Made by a program: the position numbers and the translations under genes. Below are positions 1 through 10,585 of a DNA stretch of 64,000 nucleotides, piece by piece; positions within the stretch are counted from its first letter, which is position 1, and each line of letters opens with the position of its first letter. Source of the stretch: Octopus sinensis (taxonomy: Eukaryota); assembly GCF_006345805.1 (NCBI RefSeq), contig NC_042997.1:162316001-162380000 (forward strand), written 5' to 3'. Below the pieces are notes generated by a model. The model was given only the letters and a program-made list of their open reading frames with translations, was not told the origin of the DNA and did no database searches.

Positions 1-32
1 CAAGCCAAATTTATGTTTATCTTCCTGAATGC

Positions 33-33
33 C

Positions 34-65
<32 letters not shown>

Positions 66-104
66 TGTATGTATGTATGTATGTATGTATGTATGTATGT
101 ATGT

Positions 105-146
<42 letters not shown>

Positions 147-168
147 GGTGTCGATAGGTGATATATAG

Positions 169-226
<58 letters not shown>
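33..226. repeat. (TATG)n/(TA)n compound microsatellite
   Basis: Visible tandem TATG then TA runs; one of dozens of such arrays in the window. Confidence 0.95.
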
Positions 227-229
<3 letters not shown>

Positions 230-487
230 GTGTGAGTGATTGTGTATAGAAGAATATATTAATAAAAAGAATTCCAACCTTGTCTGATTTTCACGTTTTA
301 TTTACAATCTTATAATGATATATTATAAGATAATATATTATAATTGAATAAAATAAAATGAAATAGTAGAATGTTAAATGTTCATTCTGATTGAACTAGT
401 ACTTTCATGCATTGAATTCTGCAATCTTCGGGTTCATGTAGTAGTGTTGACAGTCATGCTTCACAATTTTATATATATATATGTATC

Positions 488-790
488 AGCGTGACCGATC
501 AGGCTATCAGATGTTGGTACACATCGTTGGTCACAATGCGCTTCGTATTGTTTTAGCCTTCAAATGACGCCACCCCGCTAGCAAAGCGAGCAGGCTCACA
601 GAGGAAAAAGTGAGAGAAAGTTGTGGCGAAGGAGTACAGCAGGGATCGTCCCCCCGCCCCTACCGGAGCCTCCTGGAGCTTTAGGTGTTTTCGTTCAATA
701 AACACTCACAACGCCCGGTCTGGGAATCGAAACCGTGATCCTACGACCGCGAGTCCGCTACCCTAACCACCGGGCCATTGCGCATCCACA
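488..790 (-). mobile_element. tRNA-derived SINE, family B
   Basis: Minus strand begins GGATGCGCAATGGCCCGGTGGTTAG (A box) ... GGTTTCGATTCC (B box); closely similar copy at 47849-48155. Confidence 0.85.
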
Positions 791-850
791 TGTATATATA
801 TATGTGTGTGTGTGAGTGTGTGTGTATGTATATGCAGACATACATATACA

Positions 851-1691
851 CAGGATGCGATGGATAAATTGTCGCCCTTTTATATTTTTTTATTTCGTGC
901 ATGCGAATTGCTTTTGATTTTGTCAACTACTCAGTATAGTAGGGTCAGATGGGCACTGTCTGTGAGGAAAACAGCGCTCTGACGTAATTCACTCTGCCAG
1001 AAATTTAGAAACGACATGCTGTACTGTTTGTATTTGCACCAGAAACTCCAATACGAACATTTGAGAGTGTTTTGGTGTCAATATAAGGACAGTGCAGTGG
1101 ATTCAGAAAGAGTTGGATGAGTTTAATGGTGATTACGAAGGTGCCTGGCGTGATCAGTAGTGATGGCGACGTTATGCCTCTATTTATCTTCCCACACGGC
1201 CTCAGACTCAACACGGAAGCCTACATCAAGTGCCAGGACGAGGTAATACTGCCCTCAGTCAAGAGGGTGGCTGCTGGAAGATCCTATGTTTGGCTGAACG
1301 TTGCACCACACCACACAAGCAGGAGTATACAGTCATGACCGCCAGATAATTTCTATGACCACATCACCTCTAATATCTGGCCACTTAACTCCCCAGACTG
1401 CAACACTCTTGATTATTATGTGTGGGGTGCAGTTGAGCGAGAGATCAACAAAACTCTTTGTAACACCAAATATGAACTGAAGGCAAGAAGACCGTCCAGA
1501 AGAGTAGCAGGAGATTCCGAAGTCGTCCGAAGGCCGTTGTTGTAGCCAATGGCGATTTCATTGAATAAATTTACTCTTTAGTATTTCAAGATATTTTTAT
1601 GTAATTTTGGTAAATGTAGCTGTTAAAATGAGATGACAGTGTTATTTTCAGTTTTGCGTAATTTAGACAATAGTTTATTCACCGCACCCTG
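851..1691 (+). mobile_element. Internally deleted Tc1/mariner-superfamily (maT/DD37D-like) transposon
   Basis: Degenerate TIRs CAGGATGCGATGGATAAA and revcomp CAGGGTGCGGTGAATAAA, right end followed by TA. ORF 1117-1338 GVISSDGDVMPLFIFPHGLRLNTEAY continues past a stop into WPLNSPDCNTLDYYVWG (DDE/D transposase C-terminal motif). Confidence 0.8.
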
Positions 1692-1959
1692 TATGTATGT
1701 ATGTATGTATGTATGTATGTATGTATGTATGTATGTATGTATGTATGTATGTATGTATTTATGTATGTATGTATGTATGTATTTATGTATGTATGTATGT
1801 ATGCATGTATGTATGTATGTATATACATACATACATACATACATACATACATACATACATCAAATGGATGCGTCACGTTCAATGAAATAATAAATAATAC
1901 ATAATATATGATATATATCTATCTATCTATCTATATATATATATGCATAGATGGACACA

Positions 1960-2140
1960 GGGCGTTACGAACGGTGCAAATAACATGAAATACGTAAACA
2001 AACGAGTGAAAAACGATTGAAATACATAACGGGAAAAATCGGAAAACAGGACAAATAAACACAGAGAAAGGACCCTTCATCAGTTGTCGGCTGTCTATCT
2101 ACTCCTCATTTCGAGCATTCAACGACAATATGTGTCTTCA
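1960..2140 (-). mobile_element. Possible Penelope-like terminal repeat remnant
   Basis: CTGATGAAGGG core on minus strand near 2064-2074; rest of a hammerhead fold not recoverable. Confidence 0.35.
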
Positions 2141-2399
2141 AAGACAGTTGCTCCCATAAATTCTCAAATAGAATTTAGGAATTATGGAGGGTCAAAGTTG
2201 GGAACAAAAAAATTACAGTGGAGACATGTACATAGATACGTACACATATATCTACATATATTCAAAAGTGAAGTATTAGACCGAATAATAAATATGCTAT
2301 TTTACTTTAGGAAATTCCGGATAAGATATGATCTTATAGTGAATTTTAAACACTTTTAAGAAAGGAGTGGAGTGGGCTTAATTATTGAGTAAAGCAAAA

Positions 2400-3170
2400 A
2401 TGAGGTGGAAGGATCAATGAAATATGATACATTATCTTATTATCTACTTCTAATACATGTTAATTTATAGACGATTACGTACAATGTAATATGTTACTCG
2501 ATATTGCTAATAGGAAAGTAACAAAGGAAATTGAATTTATCTGTTCTTATCAGGGGTACGCTAATTATATTTATTAACCATGTTTATTTAATGAGTTAGG
2601 GTTGCATTTGAGAATCTGCAGCATTTCTTTGAGCATAATATGCATTTGGAATTCCCTCTATTATAACTTAGAGCGCCTACTAACCATTCTCTAGAATTTG
2701 ATATTATTCTCATTGAGGTTTCAAATATGCCCAGTGATCTCACGTTTTCTTTCCTTGTGTACTTAAAGGCAGGTGTATGGTTATGTCATCTTGACTTAAA
2801 TTATGTGTAACAAGCACCCATATAATAACATTTTTTTATGTGTTATCACGCACTATTTTATAAACTATATTTTTTCTTAAGAATTGGTCTTCCAGAGTGT
2901 AGCTTTGACGGTTCCTATAATTACGTAAGTTATCCAGTCTGTTGTTATATCAGTTTCTATTCTCGAGGTTTGCGTTTGGTTTAATTATCTATACGCATAC
3001 AAGCATCCCCCATATTTCGAATGTATAGACTTAACCACTTTTCCACACTGCGCTCCCTTTTCTCGGTTAACTGGTAGTTACTTTTAAAGGCTTTCTTGAA
3101 ATTATAACACTTGTTAATCGACTACATTACCATCCCAGAATCTGCAGAAGTTACGTTTTCTTATAGTTTC
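2400..3170 (-). mobile_element. Highly decayed L1/Tx1-like LINE remnant
   Basis: Minus-strand fragment IIGTVKATLWKT resembles the Tx1/L1 ORF2 C-terminal motif; many stops. Confidence 0.3.
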
Positions 3171-3744
3171 CCTCTTGTTAGCCATAACCGTTGTCTTTTA
3201 TTCTACACACGTGGTCGTTTCTGATGATGACGATGATGATGAGGTTGCTGTTGTTTTGCTATTATGTTTTTGCTTTTGTTTTCTAACACATAGAACGATA
3301 AATTTCACCACTTCTCTCCACCGATACAACCACCCCACCCACCCAGATCCTCGACTATAGCCAATTATGTGGCATTCAGATAACATTTTGAAAATCCATA
3401 CTTTCTTTTCTCACATGCCTCATATTTGCCTAATATTCGCCTCTCTACCCTCACTGTGACAAAAAGTGAGAAATCGTAACGGTGGGATTGGTGATGTCAA
3501 ATCAATATCCATTAAAATCTCACCATCGGCGACTAAACCGGCAATCCCATAGAAAATGTTCTATGAGGAGGATATTTTTCTTTCTATTTGGACATCAAGC
3601 AGGAAAAGAAAAGCAAACTGTCAAAAGGCGGACGAACACAGAAAAGTCAACTGCCTTCCTAATAGTACTCCTATGTCAGTATTGCTGCCGATGACGCCGT
3701 CACCAGCTCATGATAGTGTCAATAATCCTGTCTACAATAGGTAG

Positions 3745-4252
3745 TGGGGGGTAAGTTGATCACATCGAACCCAGTACTTGACTGGTCCTTAACTTATCAA
3801 CCCCGAAAGGATGAAAGGCAAAGTCGACCCCTGCGGAATTTGAACTCACAACGTAAAGAGGGGCCAAATACCGCTAACGATTCTACCAAGTTGCAACAAT
3901 GATAATGACATGAAGTACAAAACCTTTTTCACTGTCGCCTTTTCATTTCTGTCCTACAGATACCCCATAGATTGTGCATTTGACATAAAAGACCTTAGAA
4001 TATTCATATATTCTCCCTTCGTTGCATTCTTGTTTGAAAAGAAATATAATGGTTTTAAATTTTAGGAACAATGCCAACAATTTCGGGGAAGGAGTTGAGT
4101 CAACCCCAGTTCTCAACTGGCACTTATTTTATCAATCCCGGAGGAATGAAAGGTAAGGTCGACCATGGCGTAATTTGAACTCAGAGCATGAGGACAGACG
4201 AAATGCTGCTAAGCATTGCGCCCGGTGTGCTAACGATTCTGCCAGATCGCTG
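3745..4252 (-). mobile_element. Two old family-A tRNA-derived SINE copies (about 3745-3894 and 4061-4252)
   Basis: Both carry the conserved central block (plus strand CCCCGAAAGGATGAAAGGCAAAGTCGACC and a variant) and the B-box-like TTTGAACTC. Confidence 0.8.
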
Positions 4253-5171
4253 ATAAATAATAACAAGAGATTTGGTATTTTAGAACAGATGTGCAATATA
4301 TTACTTAAGATGTTATGCAAAATACTAAAAATTAGTAAATAAAATTACATGTTCTATAATATTTTGTATAATATTTTGACTTTCTTTTCTTTGAAGCTTT
4401 AATTTGTTTGAAAGTATATTTTGTAGTTTTGAAGACGGTGAAATAATGTTTGTGGTTAAAATGTTATCTTAGATTTAGTTTAAATTTAGTATTTTAGTCT
4501 TGTTCTTTATAAAATTTGATAAAAAGAAATATTGTTGTTTATATTGGTAGTCTACTATTACTTCTTGTAGATCAATAAAAATATAACTTTTAGGATATCA
4601 TATGCAGGTGTATTGTCCAATCATAAGTGGAATATATTTTATGGACTCGGATACTACAACGTGTCAATATTTCAACAGTAAAAACTGCCACAAACATTTT
4701 TTCCGTGAACGAAACTAGGTTGAGAAATAAGATAAACCGATATATTATCTCTTTAAAAATTAAATTTATTGTGTTGAAACTAATTGAAATTATTTCCGAG
4801 TATGCGATGATAAGTAACTGCTAAATTACAAAATAATCTATTTGTCTCTTCGGCATGGGTTTGAAATATTTCAAGTGGATAACACTAATTGCAAAACCAG
4901 TTATATCAATGGAAAATAACTTCATTCCAGCAACAGGCAAAGGGGATCACTTAATAAAGAATGATGAATCATACAGGCGAAATTGAAATGACTTTTACTA
5001 TATACGTAAATACCACATACTTAGTAATCTATATAAAATAAAGATGTTTTTGATACCATTAAAGTAATTAAAATTACTATGTTTAGCAAGTCATTTAATA
5101 TACATTCGTTAAATACTTCTCCTACAATTAACTAATTAAATTACCACATCTTGTTAATTATCATACAAAAG

Positions 5172-5264
5172 TATATAAAGTGGTAAGTTTCAACTGTAAA
5201 TTATTACTTTCGAGAACAACCGTTCTTGCCTGTTCTTCGCTCGCTTCAAACCTTGTTTGTTAAG
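5172..5264 (+). promoter_or_regulatory. Predicted reflectin-1 core promoter and non-coding exon 1 (about 5206-5264)
   Basis: TATATAAAG at 5172-5180, Inr-like TTACTTT (A at 5206), GAGAAC at 5212, strong donor AAG|GTGAGA at 5264/5265, no ATG in the exon. Same motif order and spacing as 31855-31950. Confidence 0.55.
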
Positions 5265-5860
5265 GTGAGACAAATTTATTATTATTCTACAAAACAATTT
5301 ATCGAAGCATAGCTAAATTCCTTCATTTAGTAAATGATCGATATTTTCTATATTTTATCGTTTCGATGTTAATTCATATCTATCTCTTTGTATTTGAATT
5401 TTAAATGATAAAACATATTCTTTTAAACTTTTATTGGGTGGAATTGCAAGAATTCTATATGAATATATTTTATTCTTTACATTTTGCAAATATAAGGTCC
5501 AGTACATTCTAATCATGCATGTTTCCTTTCATAAATTAACTTCTCTCTTACATTAGTTTGTTTTCAACTCAATTTCATAGTCGCTAGTTTGTAATTGATT
5601 CCTATTCAATAATAATGCATTTTAGTGACTTTTAACACACAAATTAACAGATAATTTTGATATTATCTAAACACGTGATGCGCTCATAGACGCTAATTAT
5701 TATAGTGGGGATAATTCATACTAGATTAAACTAAGTTGAGCCAAGTTTGAAAGTTTGGAATTTAGAATAAAAAAATAAAGAAGGGTACAAAGCATATACA
5801 TTTAATTTGCTTTCTAGACATTATAATTTCTTAAAGTATCTACTCATTGATAGCTATATT

Positions 5861-6520
5861 ATTTACATTCGACGGATATTTGTCCTCATTTTGTTTGTTG
5901 TTAACACAACGTTTCGTCTGATATACCCTTCTGCCTTCTTGAGGTGTCTTGGGGGAAATTTCGAACCTGGGTTCTCATTCCTAAGCTATTTTTCGATGTT
6001 ATTATTATTGTTGTTGTTATTATTATTATTATTATAATTATTATTATTATTATTATTGTTGTTGTTGTTGTTCATGTCACTGCTTGGAATCGAACTCGGA
6101 ATCGTGCAGTTAGTAGCCCGCGCTTTTAACCACTATGCCATATGTCCACGGGCATATGGCATAGTGGTTTTTTGATACCATCAAAGTAATTAAAATTACT
6201 ATGTTTAGCAAGTCATTTAATATAATGACTTGCTAAGCATAGCTGTGGGCTTATGGCGTAGTGGTTAAGAGCGCGGGTTACTAACCCCAAGATTCCGAGT
6301 TCGATTCCAAGCAGTGACCTGAACAACAACAACAACAACAATAATAATAAAAATAACAACAACAATAACATCGAAAAATAGTTTAGGAATGAGCACCCAG
6401 GTTCGAAATTTCCCCAAGACACCTGAAGAAGGCTGGAGGGTATATAAGCCGAAACGTTGTGTTAGCAACAAACAAGATGAGGACAAATATCCGTCGAATG
6501 TAAATAATGATATAGAACTG
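5861..6520. mobile_element. Inverted dimer of a tRNA-headed SINE with Penelope-type hammerhead tail (family E), 16-bp TSD
   Basis: Minus copy about 5861-6152, plus copy about 6245-6520 (A box TGGCGTAGTGG 6254-6264, B box GAGTTCGATTC 6297-6307). CATTGATAGCTATATT flanks both sides at 5845-5860 and 6521-6536. Confidence 0.85.
6418..6463 (+). ncRNA. Minimal type-I hammerhead ribozyme motif (PLE type)
   Basis: Stem I GACAC/GTGTT, core CTGAAGA, extra A, stem II GGCT/AGCC, GAAA, palindromic stem III AACGTT, GUU triplet with predicted cut after 6458. Confidence 0.7.
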
Positions 6521-6883
6521 CATTGATAGCTATATTTAGAATTATTTCATCCTCCTTTGGAATTGTCAACACAGCATAACTTGAGACAAATAAATTAAGC
6601 TAAATTTAACATTTTACGAAGTGATGTATATCATCGAGTAAAGATAGGTCATAGTTTAAAAGAGATATTTGAGTTTTTTCTTCATTCTATATCGTGAATT
6701 GTTCAGCAATAGAGAAGAGAAGGGAAGAGAGAGTGAGTGAGTGAGAGAGAGAGAGAGAGAGAGAGAGATTTCTTACATGTAGTTTAACATTTCCATAGTA
6801 TTTGAAAAATGAAAAACTTAAATTATTCAGCATATTTTATACTACTTCATTAATATACGACCACAAAAATATCATTTACTTTC

Positions 6884-7245
6884 TCGTTTGCTTCCCAACC
6901 ACATGTTTTCGGCTTTGCACTTTGGGTGTCTGCTATTGTAGCTTCAGGCCGACCAAAGTCTTGTGAGTGGATAGAAACTGAAAGACACCTGTCGTATACA
7001 CACACACATACATACATACATACATACATACATACATACATACATACATACATACATGCATGCAGGCATACATACATACATACTTACATACATACATACA
7101 TACATGCATGCATACATGCATGCATGAATGCATACATACATACATGCATACATACATGCATGCACGCATGCATACATACATACATACATACATACATACA
7201 TGCATACATACATACATACATACATACATACATACATACATACAT
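6884..7245 (+). mobile_element. Family-D SINE fragment running into a (CATA)n array
   Basis: GCCGACCAAAGTCTTGTGAGTGGAT...GAAACTGAAAG matches the minus-strand copy at 48665-49145; followed by about 240 bp of CATA repeats. Confidence 0.7.
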
Positions 7246-7865
7246 TAAATAAAACGACAACAAGCGGAAAATATGAGATACCTGTATATATATGTACGAG
7301 CAAAACGCCCCCCCCCCCGTCCAATGGACGGTGCTGAGTTGTCAAACATTTAAATTAAATTTTCTCAAAACAACTTGTCCGTATAGTGTGTGTAAAAAAC
7401 ATCCTGATGAGGGGAGTTTCAATTTTGATAACATGAAATATATCTGACACATCTCTGAAACTCTAAATCTTTAAATCTTTAAACTCTAAATCTTTAAATT
7501 TTTGTTATTTTCGGAGGTTTTTAATACGTCCTTTTAATGTTTCATCATCCCAAATTTTTAATTATACCAATATTTTATAACTTTTAAAATGTAAATTCAC
7601 GGTGTTTTGTGTATAACATTGACTTATATCTATTTATATATATTTTTATATCTTTATATCTGGAATTTATACATCCGTTTTGTAAATGTGGAAGAATATA
7701 TGAATATATGTATCTATTTGGTCTTCGAGTGTTGGTCTTAATTATGTTCCTCTAGTTTCCGCTTGCATTACCTCCGTTCAAATTAAGAAGTGAAATATAG
7801 TTCACTTGGAGCACTACAACTCCAGTCTGTATTTTTGCGAGTATTGTTAACACTAGCAATCTCAA

Positions 7866-8207
7866 AATAAAGCAAGCATAGGAGAGCGGGTAAATGAGCA
7901 TTGGAGACAACTCAAGTAAGGTAAAAGCTCTTCGATTCTGTACCTACACGCCGAACAGGAACACGGGGGATCAATCAATAACATAGAAATTAAAATATTA
8001 TCCACACATAGATCAGATGCAACAATTAGACAAATTACAGAAGCTACACACATAATAGAAAATAAACCTAGCCTGAATAGAAAACTAGAAAGGAGCACTA
8101 ACACACACCACAACATATGACGATAGAGGATGCTGAAAACATAATAAATAAACAGATAAATAAACTAATAGAAATAAATAACTATATATATATATATATA
8201 TTATATA

Positions 8208-8252
<45 letters not shown>

Positions 8253-8750
8253 GTATATATATATGTATATATATATATTTTTTTCGAGTCGATTTATTAT
8301 TATTATTACTAGTATTGTTGTTATACATACATACATACATACATACATACATACATACATACAAGCATATGTAATGATAATAATAAATGGATGTAAACAC
8401 ATGAACAAAATAAGAATAAAGAAAAACAACAAAAACAAAAAAACAAAATACAAATTACATGAAAATTACATGAACATATATAAACAGAAGATACAAATAT
8501 TACAGGCATCCCCCCACATACAAACACTAAATAAACATAGACGCACATAGAGATATAAGCATGCGCAAATGAAGACATACAATAGAAATACAAAATGGCT
8601 GACGGTTAGTAAGGAGAGACACAAATAAGAAAGAAGAAAACAAAGGACCACTGATGCGGTCACAGGAGTGTGACGAAAGAACTCTGGCCGAAATAAGATT
8701 AAGATTAATGTAAAAATAAATAACACTGAAGCAAAATAACACCAAATATA
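7866..8750 (+). mobile_element. Penelope-like element 3' remnant: GIY-YIG endonuclease C-half plus decayed hammerhead
   Basis: 7866-8120 translates NKASIGERVNEHWRQLK*GKSSSILYLHAEQEHGG...IKILSTHRSDATIRQITEATHIIENKPSLNRKLE (R-x-x-EH ... H ... R-x-x-x-E ... P-x-LN pattern). Decayed hammerhead at 8645-8689 with stem II GTCACA-GGAG-TGTGAC then GAAA. Confidence 0.75.
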
Positions 8751-9044
8751 TAGTGCGTGTGTTTTTATTGGCTAAATGTGTGCATGTATGTTCCCTTTCT
8801 CTTTTTTAATTCTGAGTTAATTCTGACTGGCTACTTGCTTGGTAGCAAAGTTGTGAAGGAAAGCGTCTTGTTTTGTTTATTATCTTTAAATCTTAAGAAG
8901 GCCTTGCAAAATTTTATAGTCCCAGATATTGTGATCATTTGTAGTGTATGAAGAAGTTGTGTTCTCTCCCCGAGAACCAGTTGAGCCATACTTTGCTCTA
9001 GAGAGATTGATACGTAAATTATTGCTGCAATAACAAAAAAAGTA

Positions 9045-9383
9045 TGTGGAAGGCTCATGGCTCAGTGGTTAGAGCGTCGAACTCACGACCGTGAGGTTGT
9101 GAGTTCGAATCCTGGACCGGGCTGCGTGTTGTATTCTTGAGCAAAACACTTTATTTCACGTTGCTCCAGTTCACTCAGCTGTAGAAATGAGTTGCGACGT
9201 CACAGGTACCAAGCTGTATCAGTTTTTGCCTTTCCCTTGGATAACATCGGTGGCGCGGAGAGGGGCGGTTGGTATGCATGGGCGACTGCTGGTCTTCCAT
9301 AAACAACCTTGCCCGGAATTATGCCTCGGAGGATAACTTTCTAGGTGCAACCCCACGTCATTCGTGACCAAAAGGGGTCTCCG
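9045..9383 (+). mobile_element. tRNA-derived SINE, family C
   Basis: TGGCTCAGTGG A box, GAGTTCGAATCC B box, then TTCTTGAGCAAAACACTT and CTCCAGTTCACTCAGCTGTA central block; related minus copies near 14214-14399 and 30455-30860. Confidence 0.8.
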
Positions 9384-9744
9384 AATAATAAGTATAAAAC
9401 TTAAAGTGTACTTTGGGTATTGGATTTGTAAATCCCTTATTAATGATTCATAAATGTCCTCTTTCTTTTGTATCTTACTAACCACACTGATATCCAGAGG
9501 CAGCTAATTTCCAGAGCATGTTATTTCATCGTGGTCCCATACAACGATATGTGTTCGGTTGTGTTTTTATTTGGTGGCTGCTTTAATTTTTAAGTTTCAC
9601 CAATATTCTTTTAATCTATCGGTCACACTATAGCCAACTTCATCTGTTGGTGATTTCTTTTTTGTATGTGTGTATGTGTGTATACATACACATACATACA
9701 TACATACATACATACATACATACATACATACATACATACATACA

Positions 9745-9776
<32 letters not shown>

Positions 9777-9777
<1 letters not shown>

Positions 9778-9967
9778 GACGGAGATGTATTTGCATAGCA
9801 AGTGACCTGATCTGAGATCGTGTGCTGGAACGAAAACAATTGCAGCGTGAGAGGTGTTTATAAGCCATTTAAGAAACACACAATTTAAATTTAAATGTTA
9901 AAGTGAATCTAATGGTTTTTGTGTGTTTCTTAAATGGCTTATAAACACCATCCACGCTGCAATTGTT
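9777..9967. repeat. Fold-back repeat (family G) with 48-bp inverted arms
   Basis: Arms 9835-9882 and 9920-9967 are reverse complements with 3 mismatches; same family at 17537-17887. Confidence 0.85.
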
Positions 9968-9992
9968 TGGATATATATATATATATATATAT

Positions 9993-10039
<47 letters not shown>

Positions 10040-10530
10040 GATATATAGATGGGTAGATACATTCATACATACATAAATATACACATACATGTATATATAT
10101 ATTTATACATATATATGTATATATAGAGATATATGCACACGCATACACATACATGAATATATATGTGTATATATTTGTTATGATATTAGAGTTGACTAGT
10201 TTATTTAACCAGTGATCAAAGCTTCATTTCTAAGGTTTATTTAGCAGTGATACCTCATTAAAAAGTCAGCATGATCAGGTAGTAATTTGCTTTGGATGTA
10301 AAAGTTACAAGAAATGAAGTTTTAATATTTAAATTTCTTGTTGGTAGAATTCTTATAACAATCTAATGTTGAAAAAGCAAGTATAATGGTAGATGGTAGC
10401 ATTTGCATAGGTAACAAAATATTACAAAGCGAGGTGAAATAGATGTATTTGAGCATAAGTATTGTATAAGTATTTACACTCACAGAAAACCTTCAGAAAA
10501 TAAATATCCTATTGTACTTTTCACTAATTC

Positions 10531-10553
10531 CTGCATTTATCCTTCAATTTCAG
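10531..10553 (+). other. Splice acceptor of reflectin-1 5'-UTR intron
   Basis: Pyrimidine-rich tract ending TTCAATTTCAG, 32 nt before the ATG; same arrangement in the other two reflectins. Confidence 0.75.
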
Positions 10554-10585
10554 ACACAGAGTTTGGTAACCAATTCTCTTCCATC

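Noticed and set aside
3482-3744. Short non-repetitive ORFs of 70 and 62 aa
   Set aside because: No recognisable motif, no splice context; likely decayed transposon sequence.
7395-7465. CTGATGA...GAAAC hammerhead-like spacing (also near 42430-42480)
   Set aside because: Stems I and III cannot be formed, so these were not counted among the hammerhead motifs.
9055-9132. tRNA-like sequences here and at 6245-6320, 16600-16670, 52770-52830
   Set aside because: A and B boxes are present, but acceptor stems do not pair and each continues into a shared SINE body; these are SINE heads.
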